From Promethearchaeia archaeon (GTDB lineage Archaea; Asgardarchaeota; Lokiarchaeia; Sigyniarchaeales; SOKP01), in the NCBI GenBank assembly GCA_029856105.1, contig JAHQWH010000158.1, positions 1-25,174 of the forward strand: 25,174 nt of DNA, read 5' to 3'. Both the position numbers and the translations under genes were made by a program. Numbering within the stretch: the stretch's first letter is position 1; each line of letters starts with the position of its first letter. This document shows, piece by piece, positions 8,885-17,358 of the stretch. The notes under the pieces were generated by a model, which saw nothing but the letters and a program-made list of their open reading frames with translations, searched no databases and was not told where the DNA came from.

Positions 8885-10210
8885 ATGAACGATAATTCTA
8901 AGAAAATGCCGTTATTGTCAATAATTCTATTTGTTTTGATCATTACGCTAATAAATTCAGTATCAAATATGATTTCGCCGAATTTACTCGTGATATCAAG
9001 TTATTTCGGGTTTGGGGGTGATACAGCACCTATTGGAGTGCTTACTTTCTCCTTTATGATTTTTACTGGTGTTACGATGTTAATTTTTGGGTATTTGGCC
9101 GATAAAATCGTTAGAAAATGGATCGTGTTTTTTGGTTCATTAATGTTTTCCATCTTTTCGCTTTTCGTTATAACGGTTCCAACTGGAATTATTGGTTATT
9201 CCATATTTTTCTTCTTAACTATCTTAACAGGAATAGGATACGGCGCATTAATTCCAAGTATTTTTTCGTTAATGGGGGATTTGGTCTCGCGTGAGGATCG
9301 CTCTAAAGGCTTTTCGTTTTTCTCGATCGCATCTTTTTTTGGAATAGTTTTTGGTAGCGCTTTAGCTACATATGCGGGCAGTGCTGATTGGAGATTTCCC
9401 TTTCTATTAATTGGCATTGTTGGAATTCTGGCATCGTTATTATTTTTGCTTTTTAAAGAACCTTCTCGTTTGGGTAAAGATCACTCCTTTGATATAGACG
9501 TTGTCGATTACTCTTATAGGATAAAACTATCAGATGTAAGGATAATTTTTAAAAAGAAAGCTAATATTTGGTTAGTCGTTAATTTTGTAGATACGATTCC
9601 GACCGGTATTATACTAACATTACTTTACGCATATATGGAAGTATATCATGGAATTACCGCTGATGTGACTGTGCTAATTTTCTTAATCATCCTCGTAAGT
9701 ATCATACTTGGAACTTTAGTGTTTGGGTATATTGGAGACAAGAAGTTTAAAAAAGGCAATAAAAAAGCGAGGGTTCTTTTAGCGTTATTTGGCAACATTG
9801 CTCCTATTCCATTTCTATTCGCCGCATTGATTATTCCGTTTAGCGCTCCTAATTTATTTCCTGGTTTAATAATTTGGATCGTACTATTCAGTATTGGAAT
9901 GTTTACAAATGGAGCAGTAAATGGGAACTGGTACGCCACAGTCGTAGACTTAAACCTACCAGAAAACCGTGGGACTGTGTTGGCAACCTCAAATTTCTTT
10001 GACATCATTGGTCGAGCCATTGGTCCTTTAATCGGAACCATTATCGCAGATATATTCGGTTTTGTTATTGGAATGATGATTTCAATTTTCTTTTGGATTT
10101 TTATTCCCTTTTTCTGGATTCCAGTCCTTAAAAATGTCGTAAGAGAAATTGAATCTACCGAGAAAATATTTGACGAGAGAATAAAATCTTTAGCTAAAGT
10201 TAAAGACTAA
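8885..10210 (+). CDS. Major facilitator superfamily transporter
   Basis: About 12 hydrophobic segments; motif A-like GYLADKIVRK and GYIGDK; PENRG loop. Confidence 0.92.
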   Translation: MNDNSKKMPLLSIILFVLIITLINSVSNMISPNLLVISSYFGFGGDTAPIGVLTFSFMIFTGVTMLIFGYLADKIVRKWIVFFGSLMFSIFSLFVITVPTGIIGYSIFFFLTILTGIGYGALIPSIFSLMGDLVSREDRSKGFSFFSIASFFGIVFGSALATYAGSADWRFPFLLIGIVGILASLLFLLFKEPSRLGKDHSFDIDVVDYSYRIKLSDVRIIFKKKANIWLVVNFVDTIPTGIILTLLYAYMEVYHGITADVTVLIFLIILVSIILGTLVFGYIGDKKFKKGNKKARVLLALFGNIAPIPFLFAALIIPFSAPNLFPGLIIWIVLFSIGMFTNGAVNGNWYATVVDLNLPENRGTVLATSNFFDIIGRAIGPLIGTIIADIFGFVIGMMISIFFWIFIPFFWIPVLKNVVREIESTEKIFDERIKSLAKVKD

Positions 10211-10282
10211 TACTTAAAAAATCCTTTTTTTATAATTATCAAATTTGTTTTTTCATTTAGCTTAAGAAAAAAAAATAAAGAT

Positions 10283-10684
10283 TTAAAATGGTAAAACGAT
10301 TAAGTTAATACTAAATAGCATCTCCAGCAATAAAGCAACAATTATATAGAGTATAAAAGCTATAACTGTAACCAATATCGCTCCTAAAAATCCAACATGG
10401 TGCCGTCCGCTAATAATTAACCACGCAGCAATTAAAACTATGAGCCAAGCTAACCAACCACCCAGAAACAGAAATGTAAGAGCGTAAATAATGGTTATGA
10501 TGAAGGATGTTATAAAGACTTGTCCGAATTCTGTGTGTCTCGCACTACTGAAAATATTTAAGGCAAGCTTAAGAAAGATCGCCATTATAATAAGAAAGAT
10601 CAAATAAAAAATAAGAAACCACATTATTCCTTCAAGACTGCTAAACATTTGAGCCCAATCTTCGTTAAAAATTTCAAATATCAT
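10283..10684 (-). CDS. Small integral membrane protein of unknown function (~4 TM)
   Basis: 133-aa, strongly hydrophobic ORF filling the gap between neighbouring genes. Confidence 0.75.
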   Translation of the reverse strand: MIFEIFNEDWAQMFSSLEGIMWFLIFYLIFLIIMAIFLKLALNIFSSARHTEFGQVFITSFIITIIYALTFLFLGGWLAWLIVLIAAWLIISGRHHVGFLGAILVTVIAFILYIIVALLLEMLFSINLIVLPF

Positions 10685-10883
10685 ATGAAAACCTTGTTTT
10701 TAAGTATATTAAATATGATCTTTTTTAAAATTTCATGAATATTTAATTTATCCATTATTTAAAATTCTAAAACAATTTATTGATTTTTTAGCTACTCCTA
10801 TTTTGATTGATAAATGAAGATTTTTAAATAACATTCTATATTTCTAGTTTTTATTAGGAGAAAATTTTTTGAATGGATGTATT

Positions 10884-11858
10884 ATGACAAAAGAGAAAAA
10901 ACAAAAGAAACAGGTTAATGAAAGTTACGATTTATCCGATAAGGACGAATATAGCCACGATTGGGGCAATTTTCCTCCATTCCATAATGAGAGTTGGTAC
11001 TTCAATTTTATTGATCGGCCAAATAACGTTTTTTTAGTTACGAGATTATCTTACCACATGGATAAAAAAAAGTCTCTGGTTTTAGTTTTGCTGATAATTG
11101 ATGGTAAGGCTAGAGTTTATTTTCAGGAAATTCCTCTTGAAAAAATGCCTGCTAATACTTGGGAAATCGATAAGAAAATAAAATATTACTGCGTCAAACC
11201 AATGAAGCAATGGACAATTAAATTCATAAATAGTCAAATTGATTTAAATGTCAACCTTGAGGGAAGGTTTCCAGTATTTAATTCAGCTGCGGGTATGGAT
11301 CCCTTAGCATTTCTTAAGGAGGACTATACTAACACAGAGCTAGTATTTGCTCAAATGCATTATGAGCAACCTATGATAGCGACAGGAACTTTGATCATGA
11401 AGAAAAAGGGGGAAGTAATTGAAACGCGAACCATTAAAGGTTTCGGTCATCGCGATCACAGCTGGGGCATTAGAGAGTGGGGCGGGATTGATTCGTGGAA
11501 TTGGGTTGTTGCCCAGTTTGAAGATGAGACAATTAATTTTTACAAAGCTGAAGCCCTTGGTGAAGTAAAACAAGATGGAATAATTTATTCTGAAGGCGCT
11601 GATAATATTAGAATAGAAAAAATAGAAGTGACAACAGAAACGAAAGAAGACGAAAAAACGCCTGTTTCATCAACATTTATCATAACGGATGAAAATGGAA
11701 AGAAAAGAACCATAGAATCAAAAACAATATTTTCGCAATATTTACCTCTTCCATCCGAGAAAGGATTAACTGAAATTTACGAACAAGTAGCAATATTCAC
11801 TTTCAATGGTAAAGAAGGCGATGGTATTTCGGAGTACTTATCCACAACGCGGGATTAA
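10884..11858 (+). CDS. Tocopherol-cyclase/AttH-like beta-barrel protein of unknown substrate
   Basis: Motifs HNESWYFNF, HYEQ, GFGHRDHSWGIREW, WNW. The start could be ATG 10884 or TTG 10869. Confidence 0.7.
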   Translation: MTKEKKQKKQVNESYDLSDKDEYSHDWGNFPPFHNESWYFNFIDRPNNVFLVTRLSYHMDKKKSLVLVLLIIDGKARVYFQEIPLEKMPANTWEIDKKIKYYCVKPMKQWTIKFINSQIDLNVNLEGRFPVFNSAAGMDPLAFLKEDYTNTELVFAQMHYEQPMIATGTLIMKKKGEVIETRTIKGFGHRDHSWGIREWGGIDSWNWVVAQFEDETINFYKAEALGEVKQDGIIYSEGADNIRIEKIEVTTETKEDEKTPVSSTFIITDENGKKRTIESKTIFSQYLPLPSEKGLTEIYEQVAIFTFNGKEGDGISEYLSTTRD

Positions 11859-12054
11859 CGCGCTATGAGTTAAAGTTTGAGCTTTTTTTTCATTTTATTT
11901 CTTATTATCATTAAATGTTCTGTTTTTATATCTATTTATGAATAAATATTGTGAGACAGTATAATGCTATTAGAAACCGTTGGTTGAAGATAGCAGGCTT
12001 ATATATACAATATTCACTTTATATTTCATCAAAATAATTTGAGGTAAAGGTAAG

Positions 12055-12084
12055 ATGCCAGGAACTGCTGATGCTACTCCTTAA
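12055..12084 (+). CDS. Candidate 9-aa peptide MPGTADATP
   Basis: ATG CCA GGA ACT GCT GAT GCT ACT CCT TAA, preceded by GAGGTAAAGGT (12041-12051). GC-richer than the surrounding intergenic DNA. Confidence 0.3.
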   Translation: MPGTADATP

Positions 12085-12087
12085 ATG

Positions 12088-12154
12088 TTTCTCCCGCATT
12101 TTGGGTTAGAAAATAACCCGAAGCGGGAAAACCATATTTTTTCCCTTTTTTTTT
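12088..12154. terminator. Strong GC-rich hairpin (12088-12131) followed by T-tracts; terminator/stability element or small structured RNA
   Basis: TCCCGC/GCGGGA and GGGTTA/TAACCC arms around a GAAAA loop, then two T-runs on the + strand; lies between convergent genes. Confidence 0.5.
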
Positions 12155-12168
12155 GTAAGTATGATTAA

Positions 12169-13536
12169 CTATTCATCTTGTAAATTATAATAAAAGGGGT
12201 CTAATTTTTGGGCTTTTCTGGTCCTAAACATTCGCGTAAGAAAGGGATGTACCCCTTCGTATTTTTCTAAAGCTATAATTTGCAATTTCTCTGCTTCTGT
12301 TTCAGCTAGGTTAGACTTTATTTTTTTCCCTAATTTATAAATGTAAAACTTTATTTTATCTTTGTCCACTAAGTTGGTTTTTAATGGTTTACCCTCGGCA
12401 TAGTCAAAAGCCCAAGTCCAGTTAAATTTATCTTCTATATCTGCGTATTGGGCGTATACACCTAAGACGATATTAGCATAAAGGTTACTCCCAATCATCA
12501 ATTTTTTAGTAAAGTTCCATTTCGATATATCAATATATAATTCTTTCGTGGCATTTTTTGCAAATTTCGATAGTTCCTCTAAGATATTAAGCGAAAGAGG
12601 TTTTAATTCACCTAGATAATCAGGATATCTAAGATCTTTTGGGTGCGATAATTCTCTTGTCCAAATCCCTATTGATGTTATGTTTGAAGAATAATCGGTT
12701 GGATCGGCAAATAAAGTGCTCCAATCATTAAACTCGATTTTTTTCATATCTTTTAGCGTCATTCCAAATATCACATTTGAAAACGGTGCAATCTCGCTGA
12801 TTTTATATGGCATATTTCCAGACATATCTAATCCATACATTACATCCCCAGTGTATAGTTCTATGAATTCTTTGAATATTAAAGGTTCAGTGTTGTCTTT
12901 AAAATAATATGGTCCATGCTCAGATATAGTAAATCTACACTCGGCTTGGGAAAGGAAACTATAGATGGTTAAATGGGCGATGGTTTGCTTTAAACGCTTG
13001 GTTATCTCTTTATTATTATTTATAGGGATCATATTACCTTTTAATTTTTCAATATAGTCGTCAGAAAGACATGTAAGTCTTTTATTTTTTAATATTAAAG
13101 TCTCGTCATTGAGATAATTAGGGCTCAATCTTTTCCAAAAGTCAAGAACGAATTTAGTTTCTTTTTTCTTCGTTTCTGGCTCTACAACGATATTAGTTTC
13201 GCCACCTTTTTTTTTATTTAAGTTATCATAAATAACTTGAGCTCGACCATGCAAATACAACATACCTGTAGAATAAAAACCCAAATGGTTTAATCCTGGG
13301 CCTAAGGATTTCGATCTTCTGGCGATTTCCTCAGGCGATATCTTACTTGCAACTTCTTTTAAGATATTATATAAATAAGATTGATCGTATAAAATATAAC
13401 AAGCAACATGAATGTAGTGCGATACCGGAAACATTTTACTTTCAACCATTCCACGATTTAGAAGATTTGCTACAGTGGTCTTAGAAATCAACGCGATTAG
13501 TTCATTTGCTTCTTGGTCGCTAATATCACCTAACAT
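12169..13536 (-). CDS. Hypothetical protein (455 aa), candidate substrate-binding subunit of a split dikinase
   Basis: Long ORF with AGGAG SD, directly downstream of and co-oriented with the phospho-His domain gene. No family motif recognised. Confidence 0.8.
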   Translation of the reverse strand: MLGDISDQEANELIALISKTTVANLLNRGMVESKMFPVSHYIHVACYILYDQSYLYNILKEVASKISPEEIARRSKSLGPGLNHLGFYSTGMLYLHGRAQVIYDNLNKKKGGETNIVVEPETKKKETKFVLDFWKRLSPNYLNDETLILKNKRLTCLSDDYIEKLKGNMIPINNNKEITKRLKQTIAHLTIYSFLSQAECRFTISEHGPYYFKDNTEPLIFKEFIELYTGDVMYGLDMSGNMPYKISEIAPFSNVIFGMTLKDMKKIEFNDWSTLFADPTDYSSNITSIGIWTRELSHPKDLRYPDYLGELKPLSLNILEELSKFAKNATKELYIDISKWNFTKKLMIGSNLYANIVLGVYAQYADIEDKFNWTWAFDYAEGKPLKTNLVDKDKIKFYIYKLGKKIKSNLAETEAEKLQIIALEKYEGVHPFLTRMFRTRKAQKLDPFYYNLQDE

Positions 13537-13629
13537 ATAAACAACTCCTTATAATTTGATTTTTTAATTACTTAAACTCATTTTCTAAATATAATATTTT
13601 TAAATTTAAATGGAAAATAATTTTGTTAA

Positions 13630-13986
13630 TTACTCAAGTAAATAAATAATCCCCTTGTCTTCACTTTCCGTAACTATTTTTCCCTTTTTCCCAGTCAGTG
13701 AGGACAAATCGTCTATTAAAAATTCTACAGTCATTATGCAAGGTATTTCGAATTCTCTTGAAACTATGGCGAGATGTGAGCCTACAGAACCGAGTGAGCA
13801 TAATACTCCTGCTAAATCTGATAAAATTGGACCAAGAGTAGTAGAACCAGAATCTTCGACTATACATATTTTCCCGTTGGCATCATCAAATATATTTATT
13901 ACATCTTCAACAGATTGGATAAACACAAATTCCCCTATTACTTCTGAATTGGAAGAACAAGATGCACCTTCCCCTATTTTTTTCAT
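13630..13986 (-). CDS. Stand-alone PEP-utilising enzyme mobile (phospho-histidine swivel) domain
   Basis: GSVGSHLAIVSREFEIPCIM matches the G.G..SHaAIvaRE.giP signature with the catalytic His; only 118 aa. Confidence 0.88.
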   Translation of the reverse strand: MKKIGEGASCSSNSEVIGEFVFIQSVEDVINIFDDANGKICIVEDSGSTTLGPILSDLAGVLCSLGSVGSHLAIVSREFEIPCIMTVEFLIDDLSSLTGKKGKIVTESEDKGIIYLLE

Positions 13987-14190
13987 TTAAATCAACTAAA
14001 AATTATATTTTAAAATAATATCAATCTATTATTTTTTAAATTTATAGTTATTTATCGTAGTTATTTTAATTTTTTATTTACAATTTTAGAAATTTTTACA
14101 TAAATATATAATGTTTTACCTTATCTTAGAAACTAAATATTTAAAAATTTAGTAAACAAATTATATTATTTACTATTTTAAAGAACATCG

Positions 14191-15174
14191 ATGATAGAAT
14201 CAGAATTCGTTGTATTTTTTCCAGAAGCAAAGCCTAATACTGCTTTATTAGGGGGAAAAGGTTCTAATTTAATCAAATTAATTAAGATGAAAGCAAAAGT
14301 TCCCCCCGGATTTATAATCAATACCAATTGTTTCAAGAAATTTCTTAATGAATCGAAATACTACGACCAATTGAGTAAATTATTGGCAAAGAACTTAAAT
14401 CCAAAAGAAATTTTACGCCATTCAGCCAAAATTACGAGATTAATATTGGAATCAAAAATTCCGAAAAAAATAATTGAAAGCATCGAAGTAGCTTTAGATA
14501 AATTGGTTAAGGGAAAGGATATAGGCTTATCTTTTGCCGTAAGATCTTCAGCAACAATCGAGGATTCAAGCAAATTCTCCTTTGCCGGACAAGCAGAGAG
14601 TTTTTTACACAATCTTACTTTACATGATTTATTACAATCGTTAAAAAATTGCTGGGCATCTTTATTTTCACCTAGTTCAATATTATATATGCTTCATATG
14701 AGAAAGTTGGGCGTAAATTTCTCGTTGAAGAATGTTCATATGGCAGTTATTGTTCAACAAATGGTTAATTCACAAATATCAGGAGTTTTATTTACATCTA
14801 ACGTGATCAATAACGATTCAAACCAAATGTTGATTAATTCCACATGGGGGCTTGGTAATACGATTGCTGATAATTTAATTATCCCGGATTCTATTGTAAT
14901 TAAGAAGAGTAAATTTGAAGTTTTAAAAAGGATTATCGGTAAAAAAAAGAAAAAGTCGATTAAAAACCCTGAAGGCGCCCATACTGTTATGGTAGAAAAC
15001 TACCCAAAATCAAGGACTATTTGCTCTTTAAACGATAATCAACTGCGCCAACTTCATAATTTAGGATTAAAAATTGAAAAAGAATTTAATTTTCCTCAAG
15101 ACATTGAATGGGCCATAGAAAACGATGAAATCTACATATTACAAAGCCGCCCAATCACTACATTAAAAAAGTAA
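14191..15174 (+). CDS. Stand-alone ATP-grasp domain of the PEP synthase/pyruvate phosphate dikinase family (PPDK_N)
   Basis: GGKGSNL, VPPGF, AVRSSATIEDSSKFSFAGQ, MAVIVQQMV, SGVLFT, QDIEWA, LQSRPIT. It stops right after the domain, with no His domain. Confidence 0.92.
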   Translation: MIESEFVVFFPEAKPNTALLGGKGSNLIKLIKMKAKVPPGFIINTNCFKKFLNESKYYDQLSKLLAKNLNPKEILRHSAKITRLILESKIPKKIIESIEVALDKLVKGKDIGLSFAVRSSATIEDSSKFSFAGQAESFLHNLTLHDLLQSLKNCWASLFSPSSILYMLHMRKLGVNFSLKNVHMAVIVQQMVNSQISGVLFTSNVINNDSNQMLINSTWGLGNTIADNLIIPDSIVIKKSKFEVLKRIIGKKKKKSIKNPEGAHTVMVENYPKSRTICSLNDNQLRQLHNLGLKIEKEFNFPQDIEWAIENDEIYILQSRPITTLKK

Positions 15175-15253
15175 GCAATTAAAATTAACTTTTTCATGAA
15201 TTAAATTAATATTAAAAGAAAAAAAGAGTTTTATTTTTATTAAATTTGATTAA

Positions 15254-16045
15254 TTAAATACCGATATCCCACTTTAGAAAAGAATACGGAAAGAATTTTT
15301 CTTGTTCTAATTCTGCTACTACATATCCCTTTTTCATAGAGTTATCTCCCTTTAAATACGCAGCACCTAATATTCTTACCACCTCTATTTCGCCCCAAGG
15401 ATCGCTCTCAGATGACCTTAATGTAATTTCTGCGTTCCCCAGTTTTAATTCCTTAGGTCTTAATAGAACCTCTTCTCTTATTAACCGCGGGTTGTAATCA
15501 AAACCCTCACCATCTGGAGAAGGAAAGTGCTTAAAATTATATATTACTGTCACAATTTCAGAGCCATCACCAATTGTGCCAGTAAAAAGCTCCATAGCAT
15601 CAGGTGCATTTAATCGACCGTTCAGTTTTGCCTTCACTTCGAAATATCGCGTTCCTTGGCGCTCTATCCATCCTTCAACGATTCTCTTTTCGCGTTTAAG
15701 ATAGAGATCTGCCATTTTTTTTGGATATCCAAATACTTCTCGACCAGCGACTAACGCTTGGTCGTCTGTAACTGGCATCGATAGGCAATAGCTTCCTTCT
15801 ACACCGTCATATTCTGCACTTAAAAAAAGAGCGCCTTCGTTATATGTCACTCCGAAATTTGTTTTAGGATAATAAGCGATAAACGCGTTAGCAATTGGAG
15901 TGCTTGTAGGTTTTAACGGTGGCGGCAGCAATCGTTTTATTATTTCGGGTTTTGTCTCCCAATAGACGACCAGCATTTCTGCGTCGTAGAAGTCAGCGGT
16001 TTCTCTTTTAGTCATAAACCCGCCCGAAGATCTTAAAAAACTCGT
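15254..16045 (-). CDS. Acetoacetate decarboxylase-like (ADC superfamily) protein, copy 2; probable ACG start (ATG 16015 is the alternative)
   Basis: LLPPPL, YNEG, GREVFGYPKK Schiff-base Lys motif. The frame extends to ACG-AGT-TTT-TTA-AGA-TCT, 7 nt after GAGGTGA. Confidence 0.85.
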   Translation of the reverse strand, partial: TSFLRSSGGFMTKRETADFYDAEMLVVYWETKPEIIKRLLPPPLKPTSTPIANAFIAYYPKTNFGVTYNEGALFLSAEYDGVEGSYCLSMPVTDDQALVAGREVFGYPKKMADLYLKREKRIVEGWIERQGTRYFEVKAKLNGRLNAPDAMELFTGTIGDGSEIVTVIYNFKHFPSPDGEGFDYNPRLIREEVLLRPKELKLGNAEITLRSSESDPWGEIEVVRILGAAYLKGDNSMKKGYVVAELEQEKFFPYSFLKWDIGI

Positions 16046-16132
16046 TTTATTTTCACCTCAAATTAGATTTTTACTGATACTATTATTAATATTTCAATTT
16101 TTAATTTAATATTACTGGATTGATTATTTATT

Positions 16133-17347
16133 TTATGACAATGCTTGATCTATTAGTTCCATGAGATCAACCATCTTAATATTTGAATTTAAAGCGGTTA
16201 TTGCATCCATTAGATTTCTATAACAAAACGGACATATACTCACAAGATAATCTGCGCCAGTCTCCTCAGCTTCCTGAACTCTAGTCTTAGCAACTTCTAA
16301 TGCTAAATCGGGAAAGCCTTTCTTTACGCCTCCCCCAGCTCCGCAACATTTAGCGTTCTCTTTAATCGTTTTCATCTCGGTCAAATTAGATATTTTTGAT
16401 AGTATCTCTCTTGGTTCTTCGTAAATCGGTGAAAGGCCAGAATTTCTTCCTGTATGACAGGGGTCGTGATAGGTCGTATTAATTTCTAAATTCTTAAGAG
16501 TTATATCTTTTTCCTCTAAAAAAGATTTAATATACTCGATTGTATGAAGCACTTTAATTTCTATGTCCTCAATAAAGTCAGCGTAGTCTATTTTTAAAGT
16601 CCTGTAACAACCTGCGCAACTCGTAATTATAGTTTTAACGCCACTTTTTTTGAATAACTCGTAGTTTTTCACAGCCACTGAATTGAATGTTTTCATATCC
16701 CCAGTTCTCTTACCTACGCTTCCGCAACATACTTCATGTTCTCCAAAAATAGAAAAATCAACTCCAAGTTTACGAAGTACTTTTGCTGTGTTTATAGCTA
16801 CTGGTTGAATTTCTGGAGTTAGAGCAGCAGTGCATCCAACAAAATAAAGCACATCCGCTTTTTCAGAATAGGCATTTTTTACCTTAAAATCAAGTTTTTC
16901 AATCCAATTACTTTTCTCTTTATTATCTCTCTGATATGGATTTAATAAATCAACCATTGCCTGATTCATTGGTATGTGTGCTTCCAGACCACAACCCGCG
17001 TCTATTAATTCTGCTCTTAAAGCCTCGTAAATAGTTGCGTTATCCATATCATAGGCGCAAGCTTCAGAGCACGCGTTACAAGTTGGACATTGATAAATTA
17101 CTTCAGCCATATCTTTGCTCAGCTCTAATTTTCCTTGCCAAAGAGAGCGAATAATTTGCATTTTTCCTCTTCCAAAGAAAGCTTCAAAGCCAGATGTGTG
17201 ATCTCTTGCCACGCAAACGCCCCATTTTTGGGGATCTGAAGTATAATCTGTAGCTTCTCGACAATCTCCACAACTGATACATTGTAAAATTGTCGGACCG
17301 ATTTTGCTTAAATGTTTAAACTTTTCGTTAGGATTTATTTCAGTCAT
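16133..17347 (-). CDS. Fe-S oxidoreductase with N-terminal 4Fe-4S motifs and two CCG domains (GlcF/HdrD-like)
   Basis: CISCGDC, CPTCNACSEAC, YFVGC, EVCCG, TSCAGC, YHDPCH, CCGAGGG, SICPFC. Confidence 0.92.
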   Translation of the reverse strand: MTEINPNEKFKHLSKIGPTILQCISCGDCREATDYTSDPQKWGVCVARDHTSGFEAFFGRGKMQIIRSLWQGKLELSKDMAEVIYQCPTCNACSEACAYDMDNATIYEALRAELIDAGCGLEAHIPMNQAMVDLLNPYQRDNKEKSNWIEKLDFKVKNAYSEKADVLYFVGCTAALTPEIQPVAINTAKVLRKLGVDFSIFGEHEVCCGSVGKRTGDMKTFNSVAVKNYELFKKSGVKTIITSCAGCYRTLKIDYADFIEDIEIKVLHTIEYIKSFLEEKDITLKNLEINTTYHDPCHTGRNSGLSPIYEEPREILSKISNLTEMKTIKENAKCCGAGGGVKKGFPDLALEVAKTRVQEAEETGADYLVSICPFCYRNLMDAITALNSNIKMVDLMELIDQALS

Positions 17348-17358
17348 ATTATTTCCAT

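Noticed and set aside
12067-12131. TGC-TGA-TGC plus downstream hairpin as a selenocysteine codon and SECIS element
   Set aside because: The TGA is not in the SD-led frame, no selenoprotein-like sequence surrounds it, and the stem lacks a recognisable AUGA/GA kink-turn core.
12085-12168. 27-codon ORF (MFLPHFGLENNPKRENHIFSLFFCKYD) directly after the 9-aa ORF in the same frame
   Set aside because: Runs through the hairpin and T-tracts, has no SD of its own and is likely incidental.
9196-14612. ORFs 9196-9417, 9646-10041, 11340-11573, 12716-12907, 13655-13990, 13661-13867, 14361-14612
   Set aside because: Antisense or alternate-frame ORFs lying within (or almost entirely within) well-supported genes.
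14191-15174. Calling this gene ppsA or a ppsA pseudogene
   Set aside because: No pyruvate-binding domain is in the window, the ORF ends cleanly at the domain boundary, and the His domain is a separate intact gene on the other strand.
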